Below, piece by piece: positions 36,065 through 46,753 of a DNA stretch of 59,247 nt. The first letter of the stretch is position 1, and each line of letters starts with the position of its first letter. The notes under the pieces were generated by a model, which was not told the DNA's origin, searched no databases, and was given only the letters and a program-made list of their open reading frames with translations. Made by a program: the position numbers and the translations under genes. Source of the stretch: Eubacteriales bacterium (GTDB lineage: Bacteria > Bacillota > Clostridia > Oscillospirales > CAG-272); assembly GCA_045534435.1 (NCBI GenBank), contig JAZSJS010000030.1:1-59247 (forward strand). The letters are read 5' to 3'.

Positions 36065-37216
36065 ATGAAGGACAATCATTATGGAGAAATTGCGGTAATC
36101 GCGATGCGCGGATGCGAAAAGTTCACGGAGCAGGTCGATTACTATTTGAAGGACTGGCGCAAGCACAACGGAAACAAGCAGACGTTTGTGATTTCGGCAG
36201 ACTGTCCCAGATTCGGCTCGGGTGAGGGAAAGGCGATCATTCACGAATCGATGAGAGGCAAGGATGTTTACATTATTTGCGACACCTTTAACTACGGAGT
36301 TACTTACAATATGTACGGCATGACCGTGCCGATGAGTCCCGATGATCACTTTGCGGATCTGAAGCGCATCATTGCCGCAATCGGAGGCAAGGCACGCAGA
36401 ATCACCGTCATCATGCCCATGCTTTACGAGGGCAGACAGCACAAGCGCTCGGGCCGTGAGTCGCTCGACTGCGCAATGATGCTGCAGGAGCTGGTTGCAA
36501 TGGGTGTTTCCAACATCCTCACCTTCGATGCACACGACTCGCGCATCTGCAACGCCATTCCGCTTGCAGGATTTGATAACGTCCGTCCCGCATATCAGAT
36601 GATCAAGGCGCTGGTTCGCGCCGTTCCCGACGTGCAGATCGACAAGGATCACATGGCGATCATTTCTCCCGATGAGGGTGCGATGGGCCGTTGTATGTAT
36701 TACAGCTCGGTGCTGGGTCTTGACATCGGTATGTTCTATAAGAGAAGAAACTATTCGATCGTCATCAACGGCAAAAATCCGATCGAGGCACACGAATATC
36801 TCGGACAGGATCTGCACGGCAAGGATGCCATCGTCGTTGACGATATGATCTCCTCGGGTGAATCCATGCTTGACGTTTGCAAGCAGCTCAAGGAAAAGGG
36901 CGCCAATCGCGTCTTCTGCTTTGCCACCTTCGCTCTTTTCACCGATGGATTTGATAAGTTTGATGCGGCATTCCGCGAGGGAACGCTGGATCGTGTCCTC
37001 TCCACCAACCTCATCTATCGCCGTCCCGAGCTCCTCAAGAAGCCTTGGTTCGTTGAGGTCAATATGTGCAAGTACGTTGCATATCTGATCGACACCCTCA
37101 ACGATGATGACACCATCAGCTCGCTCCTCAACCCTGTGAAGAGGATCCAGGCTTTGATGGAAAAGCATCGCAGTGAGCTTGCTTCGCAGATGAAAATGGA
37201 CTTTGACGAGAAATAA
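36065..37216 (+). CDS. prs: Ribose-phosphate diphosphokinase (long form)
   Basis: PRPP-binding loop VVDDMISSGESM, plus YEGRQHKR and TFDAHD motifs. GGGGAGG before the ATG. Confidence 0.8.
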   Translation: MKDNHYGEIAVIAMRGCEKFTEQVDYYLKDWRKHNGNKQTFVISADCPRFGSGEGKAIIHESMRGKDVYIICDTFNYGVTYNMYGMTVPMSPDDHFADLKRIIAAIGGKARRITVIMPMLYEGRQHKRSGRESLDCAMMLQELVAMGVSNILTFDAHDSRICNAIPLAGFDNVRPAYQMIKALVRAVPDVQIDKDHMAIISPDEGAMGRCMYYSSVLGLDIGMFYKRRNYSIVINGKNPIEAHEYLGQDLHGKDAIVVDDMISSGESMLDVCKQLKEKGANRVFCFATFALFTDGFDKFDAAFREGTLDRVLSTNLIYRRPELLKKPWFVEVNMCKYVAYLIDTLNDDDTISSLLNPVKRIQALMEKHRSELASQMKMDFDEK

Positions 37217-37241
37217 AATTTCATATTGAAATGATTCGACG

Positions 37242-37318
37242 AAATGCTCCCGAATCGATCAAACCGTTGCAAAGTTGCTTTTGCATGACGTTTTTTCGAT
37301 GCGGGAGCATTTTTATTT
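37242..37318 (+). terminator. Long imperfect hairpin terminator after prs
   Basis: AAATGCTCCCG ... CGGGAGCATTT outer stem enclosing further pairing, followed by TTATTT. Confidence 0.55.
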
Positions 37319-37477
37319 CTTGAAATGTCTGAAAAAACGTCTTTTTGCGCTTTTTCTGTGAGAAACAGTTGCATTTTTGGTGGAAATGTGTTAAAATAAT
37401 AAAAGGTATGCTCCCATAGAAACATTCGACGTTTTCAAAATCGGATAGAAAGCACGCAAGGAGTGAAATCAAAGAAT

Positions 37478-38965
37478 ATGCAAAACAATAAAAGCTATCG
37501 TTATATACTTTCCGGCCTGGACAAGCTCGCTGACTTTGTGATCAATTTTATGATCGCCTATCTCTGCCTTTGGATCGCCAAGGGAATCAGTCTGATCAAT
37601 TACGGATATGAATTTAACGTCAATAATGTGCGGATGTTTTTCATCGTCTGCGTCCTGACGTTGGTGACCTCGTTCTTCTATAATTACCATCGCGCCTATC
37701 TTCCCATGCGTACGCGCAAGCCGATCTATTTTGTCAGCCGCATTTTCTTCGCGAATCTGGAGGTCTTTGCGTTGTCGGCGGGCATTGCGCTGCTTTTGCC
37801 GCAGATGCCGGTTCGTCCTTCGCTGATCTGGTTGGGTGTGACGATGAGCATCAGCTTCCTTGTACTTTGCGCAAAGAAGCTTGCCATGATCTCGGTTTTG
37901 TACAATCTGCGCATCAAGCGACGCAACATCAAACACGTGCTGCTTGTGACGGATAGCCAGGAAATGGCAGACGTATATATGGAGGAGATCCTTGAGAATC
38001 CGCAATTCGGCTATTCCGTGATCGGTTACGTTGGAAATCTGAATGTGATCGGGCTTCCTCATCTTGGAACGACGGGAGATCTTGACCGCATTTTGAAGGA
38101 GTATCGCCCGGATGAGGTGGTGCTGGCGTTTGACACCGTCAGAAAAAAGCTGATCTCGAAATATATCACGATTTGCAACAACAACTGCGCGAAAATTCTG
38201 GTCGTTCCCGCAGTTTGCGGGTATTTCCGTTCTCCCCGACAGGTCACGGAGCTCGGAAATCTGCCGATCATTGACATTCGAAGCACGCCGCTGGACAACG
38301 CGATCAATCAATTTTCCAAGCGCCTTCTGGACATTGTCGGATCGCTTCTTCTGATCCTTATCACCTCGCCCCTGATGCTCTTTACGGCAATCGGAGTGCG
38401 ACTCTCCTCACCCGGACCAATCCTGTTCCGTCAAACGCGAGTGGGAAGAAACAACCGCGAGTTTACTATGTATAAATTCCGTTCCATGCGCGTCAACGAC
38501 TCCGAGCAGACCGGGTGGTCGACCGAGGGAGATCCGAGAAAGACTCGCTTTGGCGCGTTTATCCGTAAATTTGCCCTGGACGAGCTTCCGCAGTTTTTCA
38601 ATGTGCTCAAGGGAGACATGAGCCTTGTTGGACCTCGTCCCGAGGTGCCGTTTTACGTCGAGAAGTTCCGCAAGGAGGTTCCGCTGTATATGCTCAAGCA
38701 TACGTTGCGCCCCGGCATCACGGGACTTGCTCAGATCAAGGGCTTGCGCGGCGACACTTCGATTCAGGCACGCATTGACGAGGACATCAGCTATATCGAA
38801 AACTGGAGCTTCTGGGGAGACATCCGCATCCTGCTCCTGACACCGTTCTGTGCGATCAACCGTCACGAGAAGTATGCGGCACAGGACGAAAAGCAAAAGC
38901 AGAAGGAAGCACGTCGCGGCGTCCGTCCGCAGACCAAGGAGGAGCATGATGACGAGGAGACCTAA
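37478..38965 (+). CDS. Polyprenyl-phosphate hexose-1-phosphate transferase (WcaJ/EpsL-type priming sugar transferase)
   Basis: N-terminal TM bundle plus C-terminal bacterial sugar transferase domain ([54 protein letters not shown]). Confidence 0.88.
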   Translation: MQNNKSYRYILSGLDKLADFVINFMIAYLCLWIAKGISLINYGYEFNVNNVRMFFIVCVLTLVTSFFYNYHRAYLPMRTRKPIYFVSRIFFANLEVFALSAGIALLLPQMPVRPSLIWLGVTMSISFLVLCAKKLAMISVLYNLRIKRRNIKHVLLVTDSQEMADVYMEEILENPQFGYSVIGYVGNLNVIGLPHLGTTGDLDRILKEYRPDEVVLAFDTVRKKLISKYITICNNNCAKILVVPAVCGYFRSPRQVTELGNLPIIDIRSTPLDNAINQFSKRLLDIVGSLLLILITSPLMLFTAIGVRLSSPGPILFRQTRVGRNNREFTMYKFRSMRVNDSEQTGWSTEGDPRKTRFGAFIRKFALDELPQFFNVLKGDMSLVGPRPEVPFYVEKFRKEVPLYMLKHTLRPGITGLAQIKGLRGDTSIQARIDEDISYIENWSFWGDIRILLLTPFCAINRHEKYAAQDEKQKQKEARRGVRPQTKEEHDDEET

Positions 38966-40049
38966 GCTGCTCTACGTTGCCTCCACCGCTTCACACCTGA
39001 AGCGCTTTCACAAGCCCTATCTCGAGGCGCTTGCCGAGGAAGCCGAGGTGCGGACAATGGCAACGGGGGAGAGCGTTGATTTTTCGATCCCCTTTGACAA
39101 GCATTTCTTCAGCCCTTCCAACGCTTTGAATATTTTCAGAATTCGGAAAATATTGAAGCGTGAGCGCTTTGACGCAATTCTGCTCAACACCACACTCGCC
39201 GCATTTTTGGTGCGGAGTGCCATGATCGGGATGCGTCACCGTCCGTACGTGCTCAACGTGGTTCACGGTTATCTTTTTTCCAAGCATCCCGCAGGACTGA
39301 AGGATCGGGTGATGCTTTGGTGCGAAAAGCTGTTGTGGAGAAAGACCGATGACATTGCCGTCATGAATGCCGAGGACCTTGAAATCGCGCGCGAAAATCG
39401 TCTCTGTCGGGGACGGGTGGAGTTCATCAACGGAATGGGGATCCCCGGATTTGGGGAGATTCCCACACCCAATGCCGATCTGCGTGCGTCGTTTGCGCAA
39501 GAGGGCGAGATCCTTTGCAGCTTCGTTGGAGAGCTGAGTGCGCGAAAGAATCAAGCCTTTCTGATCCGCGCCGTCAAAAGACTGCGCGACGAGGGTGTTC
39601 CCGCAAAGCTTTTGTTGATCGGAGAGGGCGCGGAGCGTCGGACGCTTGAGACGCTGATCTCGGAGCTTTCTTTGGGAAATGCCGTCTTTTTGACGGGAAA
39701 CCGTGAGCCGGTCATGCCGTATCTTGCGATTTCCGACCTTTACGTTTCGGCAAGTCGCTGTGAGGGACTGCCGTTCAACGTCATGGAGGCGATGGATTGC
39801 GGATTGCCGATCGTCGCCTCGGCAACCAAGGGACAGACCGATCTTTTGGAGGGGACGTCGGCGAAACTTTATGCTTTGGATGATGCCGATGCCTTTTGCG
39901 CCGCGCTGCGAGAAGCGCTGAAGGGCGGACGGCTTGGCGTTGCCTCTTGCTCCTATCCTTCCTTGGAACCCTATCGCCTGACTGCGGTGCTTGAGCAAAA
40001 CAGAAGGCTGTTTTCGGATTTGCTTTTCAACGAAAGGACGTCGTTATGA
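38946..40049 (+). CDS. Glycosyltransferase family 4
   Basis: GT-B, GT4-like: LLYVAST...H at the N-terminus and E(x7)E-type region SASRCEGLPFNVMEAMDCGLPIVAS. AAGGAGG RBS. Overlaps the previous gene by 20 nt. Confidence 0.8.
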   Translation: MMTRRPKLLYVASTASHLKRFHKPYLEALAEEAEVRTMATGESVDFSIPFDKHFFSPSNALNIFRIRKILKRERFDAILLNTTLAAFLVRSAMIGMRHRPYVLNVVHGYLFSKHPAGLKDRVMLWCEKLLWRKTDDIAVMNAEDLEIARENRLCRGRVEFINGMGIPGFGEIPTPNADLRASFAQEGEILCSFVGELSARKNQAFLIRAVKRLRDEGVPAKLLLIGEGAERRTLETLISELSLGNAVFLTGNREPVMPYLAISDLYVSASRCEGLPFNVMEAMDCGLPIVASATKGQTDLLEGTSAKLYALDDADAFCAALREALKGGRLGVASCSYPSLEPYRLTAVLEQNRRLFSDLLFNERTSL

Positions 40050-41416
40050 TAGATTACAGATCCCCCCTGCGCGCCTTTTACGGTAGCGCGTTGTATCCGA
40101 TTTTGGTGATCTGCCTGGCTTTTTTGGGGCATATCACGGGCCTTGACATTCTCTTTATCGCCCTGATTTTGCTTTCTTTTGCCCCCGCACTGTGGGTTTG
40201 TGACGATATTCGATTTGCGATCATGCCGATTCTGAGCATTCTGTTCACGGTGTCGGTCAAGGATTATAAGCCTTACGATACGGGCTATTCCGAACGCTTC
40301 CTGAATCCTCGCGTGCTGATCCTGTTTGCCGTCGTTGCCGTTTTGCTGATTCCTTCGTTGGTGCTTTTCCTGGTGCGCCACCGAAAGAGCTGCAACCGCA
40401 TTTCCGGACGGGGAATTTGGCTCGGATGCACCGTGCTTTGCGTCGGAATGCTCTTCAACGGCGCGTTCAGTGCCAATTACGAATGGAAAAATCTGATCTT
40501 TGCTCTGCTCGTTTCCGCGGCATTGCTCGCATTTTATTTCCTGTTCGCGCTCTATATGCGCTTTGACCGTTCGGCGGTGGATTACATGATGTATTGCTTT
40601 TTGCTGGCGGGTGTTCTGATCTCCGCCGAGCTGATCGCGGCATACTTCACCACGGTTCGGATCGTGGGCGGTGAGATCGACAAGGGAAGCGTCGTGCTTG
40701 GATGGGGAATTTGGACGGCGATCGGCGGAATGCTAGCCTTTTTGATGCCCGTAGCCTTTTATTTTGCAGCCTCGCACAAGCGCGGATGGATCGCCTTTGG
40801 AATCGGTCTTTTGGAATTTGTCTGCATTTTCCTGTCGCAGAGTCGCGGTGCGCTGCTCATGGGTGCGTTGGGCTTTGGACTGTGTATGCTTTATCTTCTG
40901 ATCAAGGGCGAGAATCGCAAGCAAAATCGCATTCTCATTCTGTCTCTGGCGGCAGTCGGAGCGGTCGGATGTATTTTTCTTTGGGACAAGATCCTCGCGC
41001 TCCTGCAGAATTTTCAAAGCATGGGGCTTGCCGACAACGGCAGATTTGAGATCTGGGGCATCGGCTGGCGGAATTTCCTCAAATATCCCGTCTTTGGATC
41101 GGGCTTTTACGATTCCTTCGTTGATCCTTCCTTTGAGCATGAGTTTGATCCGTATTTGTATCATAATACTCTCATTCAAATGCTTGGAGCCTGCGGCTTG
41201 ATCGGCTTTGCGGCATATCTCTACCACCGTTGGCAAACATTTTGTCTGGTGGTGCGAAAGCCGAATCCCTGCAAGATCTTTTTGGGGATCGCGATTTTGA
41301 CGTTTTTGCTGTTCAATTTGCTGGACGTGCTGTTTTTCAAGTTTTATCCGAGCTTTTTCTATTCGCTCATGCTGCTCTGCATGGAAAAAAGCGAGCTTGC
41401 GAGCGGGGAAGAGTAA
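40046..41416 (+). CDS. O-antigen ligase/polymerase-like (Wzy_C) membrane protein
   Basis: About 11 TM helices. Wzy_C-type loop FLSQSRGALLMGALG. ATGA start/stop overlap with the GT4 gene. Confidence 0.75.
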   Translation: MIDYRSPLRAFYGSALYPILVICLAFLGHITGLDILFIALILLSFAPALWVCDDIRFAIMPILSILFTVSVKDYKPYDTGYSERFLNPRVLILFAVVAVLLIPSLVLFLVRHRKSCNRISGRGIWLGCTVLCVGMLFNGAFSANYEWKNLIFALLVSAALLAFYFLFALYMRFDRSAVDYMMYCFLLAGVLISAELIAAYFTTVRIVGGEIDKGSVVLGWGIWTAIGGMLAFLMPVAFYFAASHKRGWIAFGIGLLEFVCIFLSQSRGALLMGALGFGLCMLYLLIKGENRKQNRILILSLAAVGAVGCIFLWDKILALLQNFQSMGLADNGRFEIWGIGWRNFLKYPVFGSGFYDSFVDPSFEHEFDPYLYHNTLIQMLGACGLIGFAAYLYHRWQTFCLVVRKPNPCKIFLGIAILTFLLFNLLDVLFFKFYPSFFYSLMLLCMEKSELASGEE

Positions 41417-41437
41417 TCTCTTTTGGAGGTATCTGTG

Positions 41438-42493
41438 ATGGACATTTCAAAGATCGACCGCAATTTTGCACTTCCGGGACAGATCGAGCGTGACGACGTG
41501 GTTTGGTACGATGCCGCGGAAGCCCCCTTTGTTATTTACGGCGCAACACAGACCAATCCCTACGCGCGTATGCCGAAGGAGATCGCGGAAAAGGTCAACG
41601 CGGGCGTCGCGCAGCTCTATGCAAACACTGCGGGTGTGCGCGCACGCTTTTGTACCGATTCTCCCTTCGTTGCCATTCGCGCCGAATGGGACGCTTGGAC
41701 GACCTTTGCGCACATGACGCACGCAGGCGTCAGCGGCTTAGACCTGTATGCGGTTTCGCCGCAAGCGCACCGCCAGACCTATCTGCATTCGTTTCTCCCA
41801 TCCTCCAAGCGCAGTCAGAACGGCTTTGAGTGCTTGATGCCGGTCAGTGGCAAAATGAGTGATTACGTGCTCAATTTTCCGCTTTATAACAACGTTTCCA
41901 AACTTTATATCGGTGTCAAAGAGGGAAGTCACTTTGAGGAGCCGATGAAATATGCCAACGCTCTGCCAGCCGTGTTCTACGGCTCGTCGATCACGCAGGG
42001 CGGTTGTGCCTCACGTCCCGGCAATTGCTATCAAAATTACCTCTCGCGTGTCTTTGATCTGGACTATGTCAACCTCGGCTTCTCGGGAAGCGGTTGCGGT
42101 GAGGATACGATCATCGAATACCTCGCGAACCTGGAAATGTCGGCGTTCATTTCGGATTACGACCACAATTCTCCCAATCCCGAGCATTTGAGCCGAACCC
42201 ACGAAAAGCTTTACCGCGCCGTGCGTGAAAAGCATCCCGACGTGCCGTACATCATGCTTTCGCGTCCCGACTACAGAGGCCGCGAGGAGGATGACCGACG
42301 CCGCGCGGTGATCATGCAGACCTATCAAAATGCCCTCTCGGGGGGAGATCGAAAGGTTTGGTTCGTGGACGGTGCTTCGATCTTCTCGGGGGATTGCGCC
42401 GATTCCTGTACGGTCGACGGCACACACCCCAACGATCTCGGCTTTTACCGATTCTTCAAGGCTTTGCAGCCGATCTTTGAAAAAATCTATTAA
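41438..42493 (+). CDS. SGNH/GDSL-type hydrolase (probable polysaccharide O-acetyl esterase/transferase)
   Basis: Block I FYGSSITQG, block II GFSGSG, block V DGTHPNDLG. GGAGG 8 nt before the ATG. Confidence 0.75.
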   Translation: MDISKIDRNFALPGQIERDDVVWYDAAEAPFVIYGATQTNPYARMPKEIAEKVNAGVAQLYANTAGVRARFCTDSPFVAIRAEWDAWTTFAHMTHAGVSGLDLYAVSPQAHRQTYLHSFLPSSKRSQNGFECLMPVSGKMSDYVLNFPLYNNVSKLYIGVKEGSHFEEPMKYANALPAVFYGSSITQGGCASRPGNCYQNYLSRVFDLDYVNLGFSGSGCGEDTIIEYLANLEMSAFISDYDHNSPNPEHLSRTHEKLYRAVREKHPDVPYIMLSRPDYRGREEDDRRRAVIMQTYQNALSGGDRKVWFVDGASIFSGDCADSCTVDGTHPNDLGFYRFFKALQPIFEKIY

Positions 42494-42633
42494 GGAAAAA
42501 ACTATTGCGGTGTCTGTGATAAAGCAGTTCTTGTGGAAAATATATGACAAAATAAATTATAGGATATTCAAAGGAAAATCGAACGGACAGGAGAATAGAG
42601 CCGTCACTCTTGATTTTTAGGAAGGGAAACCAC

Positions 42634-43278
42634 ATGAAAAAATCGATTGTGTTCAGAATCATCGTTTTAAATCTAATTGGATTACTATGTTTTCCGTTTC
42701 TTGTCAGTGCGTTGTTTGGCAAGCCCGCGGTGATAAAAAACAAGCCCCCGCTGGTCCATCAAGTTGATGAAATTGCGGCTGACGGAGACTGTTTTTACAC
42801 TTTGGACCACACTTTGAAATATATCTGCAAATATTCCAATGAAGGTGAATTTCAATATGCGATGTCTTTTTCCTCGACTGGAACGAACTATATTTTTATC
42901 GATACGGAAGGGCATTTAAACCGTTATGATTTGAGATTGGAAATTTTATTTGCTTACGATGATGATGGACAGCTACTTTCAGAAAAATCCCTGACATATC
43001 AGGAGTTTGACCAAATTAGGGATAGAAAGTCAAACAAGTATGTTACGGCAAAAGGTGTCGAATACATTTTTGCAAATCGCCTTGTGGGAAATAGCTACGT
43101 GCAAATCATCCATGAAAACAACACAACGAAAAACGTAAAAAACGTAACGGTTGAAACCGCATTGGGACATGCAATTTGGAATTTTGTAATACTTGCATTT
43201 CTTGCGTTTTTTGCAGCATTTGCGTATTCTATTTTTCAGCTTGTGTGTTGTGTTAAGGGAAAGAATTTCAGCAAATGA
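42634..43278 (+). CDS. Membrane-anchored hypothetical protein (AT-rich gene)
   Basis: 214 aa with an N-terminal signal/anchor and a C-terminal TM helix. Visibly AT-richer than its neighbours. No family recognised. Confidence 0.55.
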   Translation: MKKSIVFRIIVLNLIGLLCFPFLVSALFGKPAVIKNKPPLVHQVDEIAADGDCFYTLDHTLKYICKYSNEGEFQYAMSFSSTGTNYIFIDTEGHLNRYDLRLEILFAYDDDGQLLSEKSLTYQEFDQIRDRKSNKYVTAKGVEYIFANRLVGNSYVQIIHENNTTKNVKNVTVETALGHAIWNFVILAFLAFFAAFAYSIFQLVCCVKGKNFSK

Positions 43279-43364
43279 CACAGAAATCGCTGTCGTGTGT
43301 CAGAAACTTTTCTAAAAAAAGCAAACACAAGATAACCGTTCAAAAAATTTACTTATAAAATCAG

Positions 43365-43418
43365 AGAAAGCATGACACGGTTCGGCACCGTGTCATGCTT
43401 TCTTTTTTTCTTTTTTTT
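43365..43418. terminator. Bidirectional terminator (AGAAAGCAT...ATGCTTTCT family)
   Basis: Perfect 16-bp stem AGAAAGCATGACACGG / CCGTGTCATGCTTTCT with a 7-nt loop and a long T-run. Confidence 0.85.
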
Positions 43419-43487
43419 AGAAAAGCGTTTGAAAGGATCGAGACGGGGGAAGCAAGAAGCTTACCTTCCCCCGCAGCGTTACATCGA

Positions 43488-46400
43488 TCATTCGCTTCTC
43501 AGGGCTTCCACGGGGTTTCGTCTTGCGGCGAAGCCGGAGGGGAAGAGACCTGCGATGAAGGTCAGGAACATACTGATCGCCACGAGGATGATCGCCGCGC
43601 CCACGGGCAGTACTGCCTTGAGCGAGGGAAGTCCGGTGAGGCTGAACAGGATGATGTTGATGATGAAGTTGAAGAATAGCGTTGCCAGAATGCCGATCAT
43701 ACCGGCAACAAATCCAACAATGAGTGTTTCGGCGTTGAATACGCGGCGGATATCCTTTTTGGAGGCACCGATGGCACGCAGAATACCGATCTCCTTGGTA
43801 CGCTCCAGCACCGAGATATAGGTGATGATGCCGATCATGATCGAGGAGACCACGAGCGAGATCGCGACGAATGCGATGAGGACGTAGGAGATGGCGTTGA
43901 TGATGGTCGAAACCGAGGACATCATCAGACCCACCATGTCGGTGTATTTGAGCTTGTCGGCTTCCTCAACGCTGTCGTTGTATTCACTGATAAAGCCTTC
44001 GATCACATCCTTGGATTCAAAATCCTTTGCATAGAAGTTGATCGAGGAGGGGGCAGCCTTTTCGGCGTCACCCAGCTTTTTGAGGGTGGAATCGTAGGTC
44101 GCGTCGGTCTGCGGGGCAAGGCTGTAGAGCATTTCCTCCATGCTTGCAAACTGATCGTCGGGAATGAATCCGCCCTGCAGAAGCAGCTTGAAGCTTTCCT
44201 CGGTGATGGTGAGGGTTTTGATGCGATCGGTCATGCCGGCGTAGATTGCCTGCATGGAATCCTCACCGCAAAGCTCGATCAGACCCGGCGCGGGGAAGGG
44301 CATTTGCTCATTGGCCTCCATTCCCACGAGGGCAAGCATGATTTGCTCGGTCGAGAGAATGGGCATCAGCTTGACAAAGTTGTCGGGAGTCACGGTCACA
44401 CCGCCGGTGGTGAAGCTGATCACACCCATGATCGGCTTCAGGCTGTCCCCGGAGGGATCCTTCTGCTTGACGACGTTGAGCATGGTGGAGAGCAGCTCGG
44501 TGCGGAAATCGTTCGGCATGATCGAGAAGAAGCCGAGGAAGGATTCCTGACTGTTGACCTGCAGCTGATCCGCAAACTCGGGATTTTGCAGAATTTGTTG
44601 AGTCATATAGGCATAGAGCTTTTCCATGGTGGCGTCGTCCACCTTGTCGATCAGCTCCTGGATGTTTTCACGGGTATATACCGTTCTCTCAAACTTCAAG
44701 CCGGTGAGCACGTTGTAGTCGGGGGTGGCTTTTTGTTGTGCGATGACCTCGCTTTGTGCGTTCTTTTCCAGAATGAGGTCGGTCAATCCCTTGGTATATC
44801 CAATCGCACCCGAGATCGAGGTTGCGGTTGCGCCCTCACGGGGACGAACGATACCCGAGATCCTGAGCTTGGTGCCATTCTCGGTCACGAAGGTCTCCTG
44901 ATCGAAGAGTCCCTCGCGAAGATCCTCCCAAACGGGATATTCAACACCGTCGACTGTGTAGGTTGCGTTTTGCTTTTTGGCATAGAAGTCCGAGGTGTTG
45001 AGCAGCATGAATTCCATGCCGAGGAAGTCGTTCAGATCGTAGGGCTCCAGCGGCGTGGTGTCGTATTCACCCTTGGTCATCAGATCGTTCATGATCTCTT
45101 CCAGTTCACCCTGGTCGAGCACACCCAGCATATAGAGCGCCATCTTGCTGATCTGATTGTTCTTGCTGACCACGAGAACCACCTCGTCGGCGCTTTGCGG
45201 CCAATGGCTGTCCTCACCGACCAGCTCGTACTGTTCATCCAACAGATCCTGGTTGTTGATCATTTCCGACATGACGTTGAAGCCCATGCCGGATCCTCCG
45301 CCCATCGAATCCATCATGTCGCCGATGCCCGAGAAGGCGTCTCCCATGTTGTCGAAGATCGTGGTGGGGCTGACCTGCGTTTTGCCGTCACCGGTGAAGA
45401 TCTGCAGATCGAAATCGTAGGTATACTGCACGTCGCTGAGCGAATCCTTGATCTGATCGTAATTTTGATCCAGATATGCCTTGAATTTGACGAGGTTGTT
45501 TTTGGTGGTGGCACTCATTGCCGCCATCATGCTTCCCATCGAGTCGTCGACGTAGATCTTGTTGGGGTCTGTCTGTGATGCCTGCAGCTCGCTGACCTCT
45601 GTCATGGCGGAGAAGAGAGCACCGTAATCCTGCGTTTCACCCTGAATGGTCAGAGGATAGGTCGAAAGGGTGTCTCTTTGGACGGCGTTGATATAATTGT
45701 TCACGCCGGTCGAGACCGAAAGGATGAGCGCGATGCCGATGATACCGATCGAGCCCGCGAAGGAGGTCATAAAGGTACGCGCCTTTTTGGTCATGAGGTT
45801 GTTGAGCGAGAGCGAAAGCGCGGTGAGGAAGGACATCGAGCGCTTTTTGCCGCCCTTTCTCTGTGCCTCGAGCTTTGCCGCCTGCTTTGCCGCCTTCTTT
45901 TGTGCGCGTACCAGTGATCTTTCATTCGTGACCGCACCGAGATCTGCGGTGACGTCGGCCTCCTCGGAGGTGTAGGGATTGGAGTCGTCGGTGACGCGTC
46001 CGTCGAGAATGCGGATGATGCGGTTGGCATACTGATCGGCAAGCTCGGGATTGTGGGTGACCATGATGATCAGCTTGTTTTTGGAAATGCTTTGCAGGAT
46101 CTCCATGATCTGCTCACTGGTTTTGGTATCCAAGGCACCCGTCGGCTCGTCGGCAAGCAGAATATCAGGATCGTTGACCAGCGCACGCGCGATGGCAACG
46201 CGCTGCATCTGTCCGCCCGACATCTGGTTGGGCTTCTTTTTGAGCTGATCTCCGAGTCCCACCTGTCGCAATGCCTCCACGGCACGCGCGCGGCGCTCAC
46301 GCTTGGAAATGCCCGAAAGCGTCAACGCAAGCTCGACGTTTGCAAGCACGGTCTGGTGGGGAATGAGATTGTAGCTCTGAAAGACGAAGCCGATCGAGTG

Positions 46401-46646
46401 ATTGCGGTAGGTGTCCCAATTGGCATCGTTATAGTGCTTTGTCGAGATGCCGTTGATGACGAGATCTCCGTCGGTGTACTGATCGAGTCCACCAACGATG
46501 TTGAGCAACGTCGTTTTTCCGCATCCGGACGGGCCGAGAATGGCAACGAATTCGCTTTTGCGAAAATCGAGCGAAACGCCGTCAAGCGCGCGTACAGTAG
46601 AGCCGCCGGTGGTATAATCTTTGACAATGTTTCTGAGCTTGAGCAA
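43488..46646 (-). CDS. Fused MacB-type ABC transporter (ATPase + FtsX permease) with very large extracytoplasmic domain
   Basis: N-terminal ATPase ([34 protein letters not shown]). First TM at about residue 300, an extracytoplasmic segment of about 600 aa, and C-terminal FtsX helices. Confidence 0.88.
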   Translation of the reverse strand: MLKLRNIVKDYTTGGSTVRALDGVSLDFRKSEFVAILGPSGCGKTTLLNIVGGLDQYTDGDLVINGISTKHYNDANWDTYRNHSIGFVFQSYNLIPHQTVLANVELALTLSGISKRERRARAVEALRQVGLGDQLKKKPNQMSGGQMQRVAIARALVNDPDILLADEPTGALDTKTSEQIMEILQSISKNKLIIMVTHNPELADQYANRIIRILDGRVTDDSNPYTSEEADVTADLGAVTNERSLVRAQKKAAKQAAKLEAQRKGGKKRSMSFLTALSLSLNNLMTKKARTFMTSFAGSIGIIGIALILSVSTGVNNYINAVQRDTLSTYPLTIQGETQDYGALFSAMTEVSELQASQTDPNKIYVDDSMGSMMAAMSATTKNNLVKFKAYLDQNYDQIKDSLSDVQYTYDFDLQIFTGDGKTQVSPTTIFDNMGDAFSGIGDMMDSMGGGSGMGFNVMSEMINNQDLLDEQYELVGEDSHWPQSADEVVLVVSKNNQISKMALYMLGVLDQGELEEIMNDLMTKGEYDTTPLEPYDLNDFLGMEFMLLNTSDFYAKKQNATYTVDGVEYPVWEDLREGLFDQETFVTENGTKLRISGIVRPREGATATSISGAIGYTKGLTDLILEKNAQSEVIAQQKATPDYNVLTGLKFERTVYTRENIQELIDKVDDATMEKLYAYMTQQILQNPEFADQLQVNSQESFLGFFSIMPNDFRTELLSTMLNVVKQKDPSGDSLKPIMGVISFTTGGVTVTPDNFVKLMPILSTEQIMLALVGMEANEQMPFPAPGLIELCGEDSMQAIYAGMTDRIKTLTITEESFKLLLQGGFIPDDQFASMEEMLYSLAPQTDATYDSTLKKLGDAEKAAPSSINFYAKDFESKDVIEGFISEYNDSVEEADKLKYTDMVGLMMSSVSTIINAISYVLIAFVAISLVVSSIMIGIITYISVLERTKEIGILRAIGASKKDIRRVFNAETLIVGFVAGMIGILATLFFNFIINIILFSLTGLPSLKAVLPVGAAIILVAISMFLTFIAGLFPSGFAARRNPVEALRSE

Positions 46647-46753
46647 TGGAATTGCCTCCTAACTGTTTTGAATGGAATTATTGTAGCATGATTTTTTAAA
46701 TTGAATATGAACATTCAAGCGTTGTTTTTATGATTTTTGTAAACGAAAGGTCG

